A stretch of DNA of 64,000 nucleotides from Candidatus Multivoradales bacterium (GTDB lineage: Bacteria; Acidobacteriota; Thermoanaerobaculia; Multivoradales; Multivoraceae): positions 320,001 to 384,000 of the forward strand of contig CBDCWI010000001.1 in assembly GCA_965223325.1 (NCBI GenBank), written 5' to 3'. Positions 1-11,977 of this stretch are shown piece by piece. Within the stretch, counting starts at the first letter, position 1, and every line of letters begins with the position of its first letter. The notes under the pieces are model-generated. The model worked only from the letters and a program-made list of their open reading frames with translations, had not been told where the DNA came from and made no database searches. The position numbers and the translations under genes are program-made.

Positions 1-200
1 CGGCCAAAGAGAAGCCACAGGAAGCGGAAGTCATCGCGACCGGCCCCGGCAAACTGCAGGAGAACGGTGAGCGCGCCGCGCTCGACGTCTCGAGCGGTGA
101 CCGCATTCTCATCGGAAAGTACTCGGGCACCGACATCAAGATCGATGACGAGGACTACATCATCCTGCGCGAGGACGAGATCCTCGCCGTCCTGGGCTGA
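1..200 (+). CDS. groES: Co-chaperonin GroES (5' truncated by window edge)
   Basis: Frame from nt 3 reads [17 protein letters not shown]...[34 protein letters not shown]; lies directly upstream of groEL. Confidence 0.97.
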   Translation, partial: AKEKPQEAEVIATGPGKLQENGERAALDVSSGDRILIGKYSGTDIKIDDEDYIILREDEILAVLG

Positions 201-263
201 TTCGCCTCAGGCGAATCGTCGACCCAAAGCACTGACTTCCTAAACCAGACCATCAGGAGATAA

Positions 264-1931
<1,668 letters not shown>

Positions 1932-1990
1932 TGGGCGACCCTTCGGGTTGCTCGCAGCTTCGGTAGCCGAAAGCTGCTTGTTGTGCCTCG

Positions 1991-2021
1991 AGAAAGGGCG
2001 GTCCTTCGGGCCGCCCTTTCT
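1991..2021 (+). terminator. Intrinsic terminator after groEL (probably bidirectional), preceded by two smaller hairpins at 1933-1977
   Basis: agaaagggcggtc-cttcgg-gccgccctttct stem-loop. Confidence 0.75.
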
Positions 2022-2093
2022 GCTTCGAGGCCTCTACCTGACGACTGGCGGCGATCGGTGAGCCCTCTGGTTCGGAAACCCACAGGGCTGCAC

Positions 2094-2260
2094 ATGAGGA
2101 TCGTCCGTTGGAACCGGGTGATGACCCTCGCTCTTGTGGCCAGCCCCGCGCTGGTTGCCAGCAGTGTTGTGCTCCCCGGCATGTTGGGCGCACAGGCCCA
2201 GCCTGGAGCGCGGCAGCCTCAGGCGCAGATTGCGGGAGGCCGCCCAACATCGTGATCATC
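2094..2260 (+). pseudogene. Probable 5' remnant of a secreted sulfatase-like gene
   Basis: Signal-peptide-like MRIVRWNRVMTLALVASPALVASS..AQAQ, then a frameshift into RPPNIVII (typical first strand of sulfatases, PNIVIILADD), after which similarity stops. Confidence 0.45.
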
Positions 2261-2375
2261 CCGATCTATATCGAAAAGACCCTGCGTGCGGGGTCTTGAC
2301 GCTCCCAACGACGAGTACATCTACGGGTACGACTAGAGACGCGCCAGCTGGTCCGGGATCGGGAGCACGGCCTTG

Positions 2376-4529
2376 CTAGAACCGAGTTCCGACGGAGACG
2401 CCCACCGTCCTGGGGCGGATCAGCCCCATTGCGAACGCCCCGTTGGGAAGCGACCCCCCCGTGTCAATCGATGTGAACCCCGTCTCGTCGGTCAGGTTCT
2501 TGCCGTAGAGCTCGAGGTGGTGCCGGCCGATGTAGAGGCCCGTGCGCACGCTCAACGTCGTATGGCTATCGAGCTCTCGCAGGTTGCCGCTCGGGTCTCG
2601 GTTGTCGAAGGAAGCTGTACGTTCGCCGACGTAGCCGAGGCCGCCACCGACGTAGGCCGTCGCATCACCGAAGGCGGTCCATTCGAATTGGGTGTTGAAT
2701 CCCAAGCCCCACTCTGGGACGTAAGGCAGTGGGTCGCCGTTGAGGCCACCGACGATGGGATCCGTGGCTCTGGTCAGACTGGCGTCCGTGTAGGCACCGT
2801 TGAGAGACATCGTCCAACCGGTGGCCGGGCGAACGCTGGTCGTGAACTCGAAGCCCTTGCTCTCAGCCGTGCCGCCGTTGCCGTTGATGCCGAAGCCGTT
2901 GACGACCAGGAACAGCTGAATGTCTTCCCAATCGAGAAGGAACGCGCTGAGGTCGAGCGAGTACTTTCCGCTCGCACCGCTCTTGCGATATCCGACTTCG
3001 TAGCTCGTGAGCTCATCTGAGTCGTAGGTCGCTGGAGTGTCGGCTGGCGCGCCCGGGGGAAGCACATTCGGGCCGCCCGGGCGGAAGCCGGTCGCGATAC
3101 GCGCGTAGAGCGATGAATTGTCCTTCAATTCGAAGCGCGGCGAGATGGAGTAGGTGAACGGGGTCTCCGAGGACGTCGCATCGTCGAAGCGAGTGAGTCC
3201 GCCAGCCAGGGGGCCATCGCTCAGCTGCGAGGCAACTTGTTCGTTGTCGCTCGCCCGTGCCCCGAATGACAACTCGAAGTGGGGGCTGACATGCCACGTG
3301 GCGTTGGCGAAGAGCGCCAGCTCTTCGTAGGTCGAGACGAGCGAGGCGAATGCCAGTGCCGGAATTCCCGAAGCCGGGTTCTCGGTCCCGGCGTCGACTG
3401 CGAGGATGTTCTGTTGGATGCCCGAGTCTTCGTCTGTGTAGTACAAGCCGATGAGCCACTCGAAGGCGTCGCCATCACTGGATGTGAGGCGAAACTCCTG
3501 TGTGATCTTTTCGGTGTCGGTCACCTGGGGCAGGATCGTGCTCAGGGGACGCGTCGCCGGGTCTCCGAACAAGAACGTGACCAGCGACGATAGCGGTGGC
3601 CCGCCCGTGAGGTCGGTCGCCAGTGCCAGATCGACCTGGAAGTCCTGGACGAAACTGCTGTAGCTGGAGATGGACTCGAAGCTGGCGGCGCCGAACTCCC
3701 AATCGACTGAGGCGCTGTACACCTCGTACTCGATGTCGGTGACCTCGGGGTGGTAGCGGCTCTGCACCGGGCGGCCGGGGAGTGGCTCGAGGGTGATCGG
3801 GTCGGCCTCGATGAGGGACGAGCCGTCGCTGTTGATGTTCTGGACCTGAGCTTTGAGATACACGGCGACGCGGTCTGAGGGCTGGATGAGGGCCCCCAGG
3901 CGCCCGCCGAAGGTATCGGTGGCGTTGAGCCCGCTGTCGACCCGGCTGCCGTCGACGATGTTGTTCAGTGGGTCGGTCAGGCTCGGGATGGGATTCGCCC
4001 CGGTTGAGTCGATGTAGCCGTCATCGGAGCGATAGAACCCGGTGAGGCGAAAGGCGAAGTTGTCGTTGATCGGCACATTCACGAGCCCGGTCAAGGAGTA
4101 GCCGAGGTCTCCGTTCTCCGTGTCCTCAACAGAGCCCAGTAGACGTCCTTCGGGGGCACCGGTAGAGGCGCGGTTCTGGACGTACTTGAGCACGCCGCCC
4201 AGGGAGCTCGCACCGTATAGCGTGCCTTGTGGGCCGCGTAGAACCTCGATCCGCTCAACATCGAAAGTGTCGAAGTCGCCGGAAAGGATCGAGCCGTTGG
4301 CCAAGCCGCTGCTCGAGCCGAAGGGAACGTCATCGACGTAGACGCCGACCGTTGAAGCTACGCCTCCGGTGTTGATGCCACGCAAGGTGATTCGAGTGAC
4401 GCCAGCGGTGGAGGAGGTGGTGCTGAAGCCAGGCACCATCTCGACGAGGTCGGAGAAGTTCTCGACGCGTTGCTCTTCGAGCGCGTCCCCTGAGAGCACC
4501 GTGATCGAGATCGGAATCTCGGCGATCGC
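2376..4529 (-). pseudogene. TonB-dependent receptor lacking signal peptide and TonB box (5' deleted)
   Basis: Plug motifs IPISITVLSG, VGVYVDDVP, DVERIEVLRGPQGTLYGASSLGG; C-terminal RPRTVGVSVGTRF; sequence upstream of 4529 belongs to the serine hydrolase in another frame. Confidence 0.8.
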
Positions 4530-5769
4530 AGAAGGCGTAGGTCCCGGCGTACTTGCTGGCTCTCTCCTCGAATCCTTCTGGTGGGATCGGCGGTTCCTCG
4601 TCGCGCGGGAAAAACTCGTCATAGAGAGCCGCGACCAGGGACGATCGCACCGTGCCACCGCTCGGGCCACCAAACGAGACGAAGAAAACCAGGCGGTTCT
4701 CCTGGTCGATCCCGAGATCGGAGTGGAACCACTGCGTATCGCCGCCATGCCCCACTACTCGATGCCCGTTGAAGTCGCTCTCGTAGAAGCCGAGCGCCAT
4801 GCCCATCAAGCGATCGTCGTGCGTGAACTGGCGAGTCAGCATCTGGTCGACCGTCGCCTGCTCGAGTATCCGGGTTCCTTCGAGCTCGCCTCCGTTGAGG
4901 ATGGCCTGGGCGAAGCGAACCATGTCCGTTGCGGTTGCCGACTGCGCTCCTGCGGGAGCGAAATTGGCGACTATCTCGAACGGCTTCTCGACAAATCCGC
5001 CGAGCTCGGGAGAATAGCCGACTGCCATTCGAGCATCGAGGTGCTCGGGCAACGGCTCGACGAAGCTCGAGCTAAGCATCTGTAGAGGGTCGAAGATCTT
5101 CTGCTGGATGTAGTCGGCGAAGGGCAGGCCTGAGACGTTCTCGACGATCAGTCCAGCCAGCGCCGTGGCGTAGTTCGAGTAGGCGGTCTGAACTCCCGGT
5201 GGGTTGACCCTCGCCGGCTGGTAGCGCTCCATCGCCTCGGCAAGGGGAATCGCTTTGGCAGGGTCCTCGATGATCAAGTAGCCGAGACCCCCGTCTTCGA
5301 AACCAGGTGTATGGGTCATGATGTGCCGCAGCGTGATGGGATCGCTGAAGGTCTCTCGAATTGAGAAGGACTCGAGGTAGGTGTTGACGTCTACATCGAG
5401 ATCGAGCCTGCCCTGCTCGACCAGCTGCATCACCGCGACCCAGGTAAAGAGCTTCGAGACGGAGCCAGGTCGGAAGAGGGTGCGGTAGGCGTCGACCGGT
5501 GTTCGCTCCGATATGTCCTCGTAGCCGTAGCCCTTCGCCAACAGCAGCTCGCCGTTGCGCATGATGGCTACGGTGCCTGACGGACTGCTGTTGTTCTTCA
5601 TCAACGGCTGTACGACACCGTCGACGAAGGCTTCGACCGCAGCCGCGTCATCTAGGCCCCCGCGTGTTTCCGCGGGAACAGCGTTATCCACACTTGCGGT
5701 CGTCGCCCTCGCCAACGTCGCGACAGCCAGCATGCACACACCGAGGACAAACCGACGAGTTCGGTTCAT
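4330..5769 (-). CDS. Serine hydrolase (beta-lactamase class C/PBP-like), 3' end replaced by out-of-frame TonB receptor sequence after ~4529
   Basis: Signal peptide; SxxK (GSVSKLFT), YSN and HGG motifs; after KYAGTYAF the tail is an Arg/His-rich shadow translation. Confidence 0.85.
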   Translation of the reverse strand: MNRTRRFVLGVCMLAVATLARATTASVDNAVPAETRGGLDDAAAVEAFVDGVVQPLMKNNSSPSGTVAIMRNGELLLAKGYGYEDISERTPVDAYRTLFRPGSVSKLFTWVAVMQLVEQGRLDLDVDVNTYLESFSIRETFSDPITLRHIMTHTPGFEDGGLGYLIIEDPAKAIPLAEAMERYQPARVNPPGVQTAYSNYATALAGLIVENVSGLPFADYIQQKIFDPLQMLSSSFVEPLPEHLDARMAVGYSPELGGFVEKPFEIVANFAPAGAQSATATDMVRFAQAILNGGELEGTRILEQATVDQMLTRQFTHDDRLMGMALGFYESDFNGHRVVGHGGDTQWFHSDLGIDQENRLVFFVSFGGPSGGTVRSSLVAALYDEFFPRDEEPPIPPEGFEERASKYAGTYAFCDRRDSDLDHGALRGRARRATRRELLRPRRDGAWLQHHLLHRWRHSNHLAWHQHRRRSFNGRRLRR

Positions 5770-5911
5770 GCCGCAAGCCCCCCTTGGTTCTGTTCTTCGC
5801 TAGCGTACAGGAACGCACGGGTCTGCGCGAGTCAGGAGACGGCGGTGAGCGCGCGATAGCGCACTCGATTCGTTTTGTATCGACCGCCGCAGTCGTGGGT
5901 GTCCCCGAGGC

Positions 5912-6047
5912 CGCGGCCACCGGTCAGATGGAGAACCTGGTGAAGGCGGGCGTCATCGACCCGGCCAAGGTCACCAAGACCGCCATAGAGAAAGCCGGCT
6001 CGATCGCTTTGCCTGTGCTGACAACCGAGGCAACTCGGAGATCGAGG
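5912..6047 (+). repeat. Displaced, decaying copy of the groEL 3' end (attR-like)
   Basis: 74/75 bp identity to 1715-1789, then degenerate similarity (TAIEKAGSIALPVLTTEA vs [18 protein letters not shown]) with a small deletion up to ~6047. Confidence 0.93.
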
Positions 6048-6073
6048 GCGACCCTCCTGGGTCGCCCCTTTTC
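6045..6073 (+). terminator. Stem-loop/terminator after the groEL remnant, next to the convergent kinase stop
   Basis: gggcgaccc-tcct-gggtcgccc followed by cttttc; shares gggcgaccct with the hairpin right after the groEL stop. Confidence 0.65.
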
Positions 6074-6088
6074 GTTGCCGGCTGCGGT

Positions 6089-7516
6089 CTACAAGTCGAC
6101 TCTGAAGCTCAGCCCCCCCTTGGTCGAACCAAGCTCGATCGTTCCGCGGTGAAGCTCCACGATCGCCTTGACGAGGCTGAGCCCGAGACCGTGCCCAGGG
6201 GAATTGCGATGACTCTCGAGGCGGTAGAAGCGATCGAAGATCTTCTCGCGCTCGGCTTCCGGGATTCCAGGACCGCTGTCCTCGACGAGCAATCGTACGC
6301 CTTCTTCTCGAGATTGCAGGGCAATGAGCACGCGCCCCCCTCGTGGGGTGTACTTGATCGCGTTCTCGACGATGTTCGCGACCGCCTGAAAGAGTAGGTG
6401 CTTGTCACCCTGGACCGCGAGATCCGGCGCGACTCTCTTGGAAGTAGCAACGCCTTTCTCGGCAGCGAGCGGCTCGTAGAGCTCCGCCACGTCTTCGACG
6501 ATCAAAGAAAGGGACACCTCCTGGAACGCCCGCTCGACACTGCCGGACTCGATGCCTGAGATCCTGAGCAACGCATCGAAGATGCGCAGCATGGCGTTCG
6601 AATCCTCGAGGATCAGCTCCACTGCCTGCTCCACCTCCTGCCCGCTGTCTGCCCTGTCGCGCAGTGCCTCCAGGCGAGTCTGCATCCGTGTCAACGGTGT
6701 TCGCAGGTCATGGGCGATGTCATTCGTAACCTGCCGGCTCGATTCGAGCAACTCCGCGATCCGGTCGAGCATCGCGTTCAGGTTCAGAGCGAGACGGTCG
6801 AACTCGTCACCTGACCCATCGGTAGGGATCCGCAGTGTGAGGTCTCCTTCGCGAATGTCTCTGCTGAGCGCGTTGAGACCCTCGAGTTTGCTACCTACGA
6901 TCCGGGTCAGAACGATCGCCCCGAGCAGACCCAGTATCGACATGAGCGCTGCCGACGCGACGAGCGTTCCACGCACGAACTCTCGAATCTCCTCCATCTC
7001 GGGTGCCATCAAGACGATCATCAAGCTCCACCCCTGGGATAGCTCTTCGATCAGGAACACTGCGTCGTCGACTTCGCCCGGTCCAGGCGAGCGCCCCCCG
7101 GGCCTCTGCCGGCGGTCGAACTGCCGCGGAAAGTCGATGACAATCCTCCCCCGCGCCGCGACCGCGCTTTGCGGAAACTCCGCACGGAGCATGCTCTCGG
7201 GTAAGCGACTCGGCGCACCAGCAATCGGCTCGTGGTTCTCGTCGAAGAGCACGTAGATATCTCGCGAGCGCGGGTCCAGCCGCGCGCGCTCGTTGATCTC
7301 CTCGATCAGCGCCTCGGACCCGAGCTCCTGGTAGAAGCTCGTCACATCGAGCATCAAAGCCTCAACGAAGGAGCGAGCCTGGTCTTCGAGGTAGTCCTCG
7401 ACAATCACGCGGACCAAGAGCCCGATCGCCAGTGTGGAGACGACGAAGATCGCCATGAAGGTCAGAGCGATCCGGAACGAAGTGCTGCGAAGAGCCCTAC
7501 GGAGAGCGGAGTACAT
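6089..7516 (-). CDS. Sensor histidine kinase (2 TM, HAMP, HisKA, HATPase)
   Basis: IAHDLRTPL H-box, NIVENAIKY, DSGPGI, GHGLGL; overlaps the regulator stop; start uncertain. Confidence 0.93.
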   Translation of the reverse strand: MYSALRRALRSTSFRIALTFMAIFVVSTLAIGLLVRVIVEDYLEDQARSFVEALMLDVTSFYQELGSEALIEEINERARLDPRSRDIYVLFDENHEPIAGAPSRLPESMLRAEFPQSAVAARGRIVIDFPRQFDRRQRPGGRSPGPGEVDDAVFLIEELSQGWSLMIVLMAPEMEEIREFVRGTLVASAALMSILGLLGAIVLTRIVGSKLEGLNALSRDIREGDLTLRIPTDGSGDEFDRLALNLNAMLDRIAELLESSRQVTNDIAHDLRTPLTRMQTRLEALRDRADSGQEVEQAVELILEDSNAMLRIFDALLRISGIESGSVERAFQEVSLSLIVEDVAELYEPLAAEKGVATSKRVAPDLAVQGDKHLLFQAVANIVENAIKYTPRGGRVLIALQSREEGVRLLVEDSGPGIPEAEREKIFDRFYRLESHRNSPGHGLGLSLVKAIVELHRGTIELGSTKGGLSFRVDL

Positions 7517-8174
7517 ACCCGGCACCGCGCACTGTATGGATGAGCGGCGCATCGAAGCCGCGATCAATCTTCTTTCTCAGCTGGCTGATGTGTTGATCGA
7601 TCACATTGGTCGTCGGGTCGAAGTGGTAACCCCAGACGCGCTCGAGCAACATAGTGCGCGTGACGACCTGGCCCGGGTGACGCATCAGGTACTCGAGAAG
7701 CTGGTACTCCCGTGGCTTGAGCGGAATCCTCTTCTCGCCGCGCTCGGCCTCGCGACTGAGGAGATCGAGACGCAGGTCGCCGACCTTCAGCTCGACCGCC
7801 TCGCCGGTCGCCGGAGCGGCTCTCCTGGCAAGCACATGAACTCGCGCTGACAGTTCAGAGAATGCGAAGGGCTTGACGAGATAGTCATCCGCGCCACTGG
7901 ATAGGCCCGTGACGCGCTCTGCGACGTCTGCCAGCGCGCTGAGGATGAGAACGGGCGTGTGGTCATTGGAGGCTCGCAGAGCCCGCACCACACTGAGGCC
8001 GTCGACACCGGGCAGCATGCGGTCGACGATGAGGACGTCCCACGACTTCGACATCGCGAGGTAGAGACCCGCATCGCCGTCTGAGGCGACCTCGACTGAG
8101 TGGCTTTCCTGACGGAGGCCGCGGGCGACGAAGTCGGCCACGACCTCGTCGTCTTCGATGACCAGAATGTTCAT
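7497..8174 (-). CDS. OmpR-family response regulator (CusR/CopR-like)
   Basis: ILVIEDD, IVDRMLPGVDG, GADDYLVKPF, LIHTVRGAGY. Confidence 0.95.
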   Translation of the reverse strand: MNILVIEDDEVVADFVARGLRQESHSVEVASDGDAGLYLAMSKSWDVLIVDRMLPGVDGLSVVRALRASNDHTPVLILSALADVAERVTGLSSGADDYLVKPFAFSELSARVHVLARRAAPATGEAVELKVGDLRLDLLSREAERGEKRIPLKPREYQLLEYLMRHPGQVVTRTMLLERVWGYHFDPTTNVIDQHISQLRKKIDRGFDAPLIHTVRGAGYVLRSP

Positions 8175-8298
8175 GACGAGGCTTGGTCCGGTCGAACGAG
8201 AGGAGAATCGAGTCCTGGAAGGACCTGCTTGACAAGAAGCGTACTCGACAGCTCACCGAGGGCGCCGCATCCTCGGTCGCCCGGGACCGAGGCCAGCA

Positions 8299-10386
8299 TC
8301 AGAACACCCAGGACAGTTTGGCAAAGAGAGTATCGCCCTGGTCCGACGCTTCGCCCCTTTCGGAAGTTCCGGTCTGATAGGCCACCTGAAGGGAACCGAA
8401 GGGCGGCATGAAGCGCCACACCCATAGCCCCTGGACGTTGACCTTGTCGATCACTTCGTTGGTCTGCACGAAGAGCTTGAAGAAGTTGTCGGGGTTCAGG
8501 AAGTAGCTGGACTCGAGGACGTGAATCCAGGTGGTCTCGCTCTCCGGATCGGGGTCGAGCTCGAGCCTGGTCACCTCGTAGGCGAGGCCGAATCGATCGT
8601 TGAAGCTCCACTCGAGCTCGAGGCCGTACAAGCTGAGGTCACTGTCGAAGTTCTCGCCCTTGCCAAAGGAGCCGAAGAGCGCACGACCTTTGCGACTATC
8701 CCAACCAACCTTTGCCTCGACCCGCTCGTTACGGAACTCCTTCTCGAACAGCTCGAAACCGTCCGTGTACTCGAGCTCCAGCTCCCACTGGTTGCGGAGA
8801 ACCATCTCCACTTCCGCCTGCGCCTCCCAGCCTCGCAGTACGTCCTTCTGGCTGGTGTAGCGCTCGTAGTCGGCGGTGGCTTCGATCTTCTCAATCGCGC
8901 CACTCTCGACCCAGAAGGTGCGCCTCCACCGCATGTCCCACTCGCGCCGATCATCGTCACGCAAGAAGCCAATCGCATTGATGTCCCTCCGGATCCCTTC
9001 GTCGAGGCTGGTGTAGCCGATGTGAAAGTGCGTCGTGTTGCTGTCATAGGCCGGGCGGACGAACCAGGCGAGGCCACCGTCACCCTTACCGTGGATCTCG
9101 GTCAGTTGAGCAGTCAGCCCCAGAGTGTCGGTGAAGAACAAGGTGGTGTCGAGACCGACAGATCCCTGCTCTTCGCCCTCGAGCCTCCGGCTGGCGGCGA
9201 GTAGCCCCAGGCTCGAACCTCGCGGCAGACTCTGCTGAACCCGCACAACCCCATAGTCGGCGCGGTCCACCCCGGTTCCGGGGTCATCCGAGGCCCGGTC
9301 TTCCGAAGTAACGAGTGCCGAATAGCTGGTTTTGCCGACTGTGCCGATGGCTTTGGCACCCCAGGTGATGTCACCGATGCGACGGCTGTTGAACTGGCGG
9401 ATTCGTTGATCGTAGGTCTCGCTTCCCTCGAGGAAGAACGTTCGTTTCTCCGGCACGCGAAGCTCGAACCGGGAGAGGTTGATCACCTCGACATCCGCCT
9501 CGATGAGGGCGAAGTCTGGGTTGATCGTGAGCTCCAGGCCGAGGGAGCTCGAGGGCTTGTACCTGAGATCTCCGCCCACCTCGACGTCACCGTTGCCATC
9601 CTCGTCGAGCACCGAAAGAGCGTACGGAATCAGCTGCCACTTCTTGCCCGCGGACTGCTCGAGCTCGAGGCCCTCGAGGACGCCGAAGTTCGAGACTCGA
9701 AAACGGTTCTCGGCAGGCGCCGGCCACACGGCGGTCTCGAGCCGAGCTGGGACCGTGCGCAAGAAGCTGACCCCCCAACGCTGGTCCTGCCCGGGCTGGA
9801 ACCTCAGCGCCTCGAAGGGGATCTCGACCTCGACGATGTAGCGGTCGCCCAGGCGCTGGGCGGCGCTTCTCCAGGCCACGTCCCAGGTGAGATCGACATT
9901 GCGACCGTTCTCGGCAATGCGCCCGTCCAACTGCGTCGCGAGAGCATTGACTTGAAACAGGTAGGCAGAGCGCCTGTCGAGAAAGGTGTCGAGCATGACG
10001 GCCACTGAGTCGTCGCTGCCGAGTTCGCCGTCGCGAGTCGTTACCGCGGCGGCAAAGGGGTACGCGTCTGCGGTGTAGGCGACAAACGCCACGTAGAGTG
10101 CCGACTCTGTCTGCGCGAGATGGATCGTCGTACGCAGAGGGGAGGGCTGGCCTTTCTCGGGGTCGAACTGGACCAAAGGCTGGTCCAGAACTGGGTCGGG
10201 CCACTCGCCTTCGGCGATCACACCGTCGATGCCAGGCGCACCGCCAACAGACGCGATCGCAAGCCCTGGCCGCTCCTGGGCGCCAGCTGTGGGCGCGAGA
10301 AGAACCAAAAGGAGGACGGCGACGACTGCCTGCTGAGCTCTGGCTGGGCGTCGGCTGTTGGAGAAGAAGGCAGAAAGCAGAGACAT
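8299..10386 (-). CDS. CBM9-like plus DUF5916 outer-membrane protein
   Basis: Signal peptide; IDGVIAEGEW, LDTFLDRRSAYLFQVN, EIPFEALRF, LTINPDFALIEAD, EKRTFFLEG; C-terminal Phe (KLSWVF). Confidence 0.8.
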   Translation of the reverse strand: MSLLSAFFSNSRRPARAQQAVVAVLLLVLLAPTAGAQERPGLAIASVGGAPGIDGVIAEGEWPDPVLDQPLVQFDPEKGQPSPLRTTIHLAQTESALYVAFVAYTADAYPFAAAVTTRDGELGSDDSVAVMLDTFLDRRSAYLFQVNALATQLDGRIAENGRNVDLTWDVAWRSAAQRLGDRYIVEVEIPFEALRFQPGQDQRWGVSFLRTVPARLETAVWPAPAENRFRVSNFGVLEGLELEQSAGKKWQLIPYALSVLDEDGNGDVEVGGDLRYKPSSSLGLELTINPDFALIEADVEVINLSRFELRVPEKRTFFLEGSETYDQRIRQFNSRRIGDITWGAKAIGTVGKTSYSALVTSEDRASDDPGTGVDRADYGVVRVQQSLPRGSSLGLLAASRRLEGEEQGSVGLDTTLFFTDTLGLTAQLTEIHGKGDGGLAWFVRPAYDSNTTHFHIGYTSLDEGIRRDINAIGFLRDDDRREWDMRWRRTFWVESGAIEKIEATADYERYTSQKDVLRGWEAQAEVEMVLRNQWELELEYTDGFELFEKEFRNERVEAKVGWDSRKGRALFGSFGKGENFDSDLSLYGLELEWSFNDRFGLAYEVTRLELDPDPESETTWIHVLESSYFLNPDNFFKLFVQTNEVIDKVNVQGLWVWRFMPPFGSLQVAYQTGTSERGEASDQGDTLFAKLSWVF

Positions 10387-10387
10387 G

Positions 10388-11977
10388 TCAAGTCACCGTG
10401 AACTGCCCCATCATGCCTAGATCTTCATGCTCGAGGATGTGGCAGTGGTACATGTACGGGTACTGGTCGGTGGCCCGGTGGTCGAAGCGGACCATGAACT
10501 CGGTGCTGTTGTTGACCCAGACGGTGTCTTTCCAGCCGGCGTTTTCCTCCGCCACTGGTTTCCCATCCTCTGACAGCACCAGAAACGAACAGCCGTGAAC
10601 ATGGAACGGGTGGTGGCCATCGTCGTTCTCCACCCGCCAGAGTTCCCACTCGCCCAACCGCACGCGCTCGTTGATGACGCTCATGTCCATTGTCTGTCCG
10701 TTGATCCCCATGGACATGCTTGGCATGATCGAAGCGCGCCGCACACGACCGCGCCCGTCGCGTTCGCCCATTCCCATGTCTAGCGCAAATCGTCGCTCGC
10801 GCCGCGCTTCGTGAGGAGACGGCCGAACGATCTTGTTCATGCGGGTGGGCAGATCACCGCGAAAGGCCGGTCGCTGGGGATCGACCTGGAGCTCCAGGAT
10901 CTCAAAAGTATCGTTCATGCCGCCGGCCCAGAATCCCCGGCCACGCTCTTCGTTCCGGCGGTTGCGCTCTCCGCCTCGCCGGTCGCGACCACCGTCTCGG
11001 CGATCGCGGTCCCGGTCGCGCGTCTCACGCCGGTCGACGGACTCTGTCGGACCGCTCACCAACATGGCCGAGCGGCCACTCGAGAAGTCGACGACGATCT
11101 CGCTCCGCTCGCCCGGCACCATGATCAGTTCGGTCAAAGGCACGGGGGCTTCGAGAAACCCGCCATCGGTGGCGATCTTGTGAAACGTACGATCGTCATC
11201 GAAACGGAGCCGGTAGAAGCGAGCGTTGGATCCATTGAGAATCCGGAGCCTTACCAGACCGGCCGGAACCCGAAGAAGCGGATCAGAGATTCCGTTGACC
11301 GTCGTCACCTCGCCCAGGAACCCGTCTTCCTCGTCAGCATCTTCCAGGGAGTAGACAAGACCGCCCCGCCGATCGAGAGTGCGATCCTGAATGACGACCG
11401 GTATGTCGTCGACTCCATAGGTGGCAGGCAACGGCAGGTCATCGCTGTTCTCATCGTCGATGATGAGAAGCCCGGCCAGACCGCTGTAGACCTGCTTGCC
11501 GGTCCTGCCATGCGTATGCGGGTGATACCAGGCGGTAGAAGCCTCTTGCCGGATGGGCAGAACTGGTGACCAGGTTTCGCCGGGTGCGATCTCCTGCTGT
11601 GGACCACCGTCCACTTCCCCGGGTACATGGAGGCCGTGGCCGTGGACCGCAATGGACTCAGACAGGCTGTTTCGGTAGACGAATGGCACGTCCTGTCCGG
11701 TACGCATACGCACCGTCGGCCCCAGACAAGGCCCGTTGAACCCCCAGGTCGTTGACTTGATTCCCGGGAGCATCTCCCATTGCCCAGCCTGCATCGTGAG
11801 CTCGACTGGGCGACCGCCCCGAAACCAAAGGAGCTCAGGAATCGGCAACTCCCTCTTGCGACGGCCATTGGCCGACGTAGAACAGCCTCTCGGTAGCGCG
11901 GGGACTGCCAGCCCCACCCCCGTCAACATCCAGGCGCCGAGACCGAGTCCGCGTTTTAGAAAGGCTCGTCTCTCCAT
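10388..11977 (-). CDS. Tat-exported multicopper oxidase (CueO/SufI family)
   Basis: MERRAFLK Tat motif; HGHG, WYHPH, HPFHVH and HCHILEHEDLGMM copper motifs. Confidence 0.93.
   Translation of the reverse strand: MERRAFLKRGLGLGAWMLTGVGLAVPALPRGCSTSANGRRKRELPIPELLWFRGGRPVELTMQAGQWEMLPGIKSTTWGFNGPCLGPTVRMRTGQDVPFVYRNSLSESIAVHGHGLHVPGEVDGGPQQEIAPGETWSPVLPIRQEASTAWYHPHTHGRTGKQVYSGLAGLLIIDDENSDDLPLPATYGVDDIPVVIQDRTLDRRGGLVYSLEDADEEDGFLGEVTTVNGISDPLLRVPAGLVRLRILNGSNARFYRLRFDDDRTFHKIATDGGFLEAPVPLTELIMVPGERSEIVVDFSSGRSAMLVSGPTESVDRRETRDRDRDRRDGGRDRRGGERNRRNEERGRGFWAGGMNDTFEILELQVDPQRPAFRGDLPTRMNKIVRPSPHEARRERRFALDMGMGERDGRGRVRRASIMPSMSMGINGQTMDMSVINERVRLGEWELWRVENDDGHHPFHVHGCSFLVLSEDGKPVAEENAGWKDTVWVNNSTEFMVRFDHRATDQYPYMYHCHILEHEDLGMMGQFTVT

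Noticed and set aside
2376-4748. 790-aa intact TonB receptor as given by the ORF track
   Set aside because: The first ~73 residues are an off-frame reading of the hydrolase; there is no signal peptide or TonB box.
5840-5890. Integron attC site in the hairpin before the groEL remnant
   Set aside because: No RYYYAAC/GTTRRRY ends and no integron integrase; probably an ordinary leader hairpin.
5664-6152. ORF containing a GroEL-like peptide, as a second groEL or fusion gene
   Set aside because: Only ~40 codons are GroEL-derived; the rest overlaps real minus-strand genes. It is the att-like remnant.
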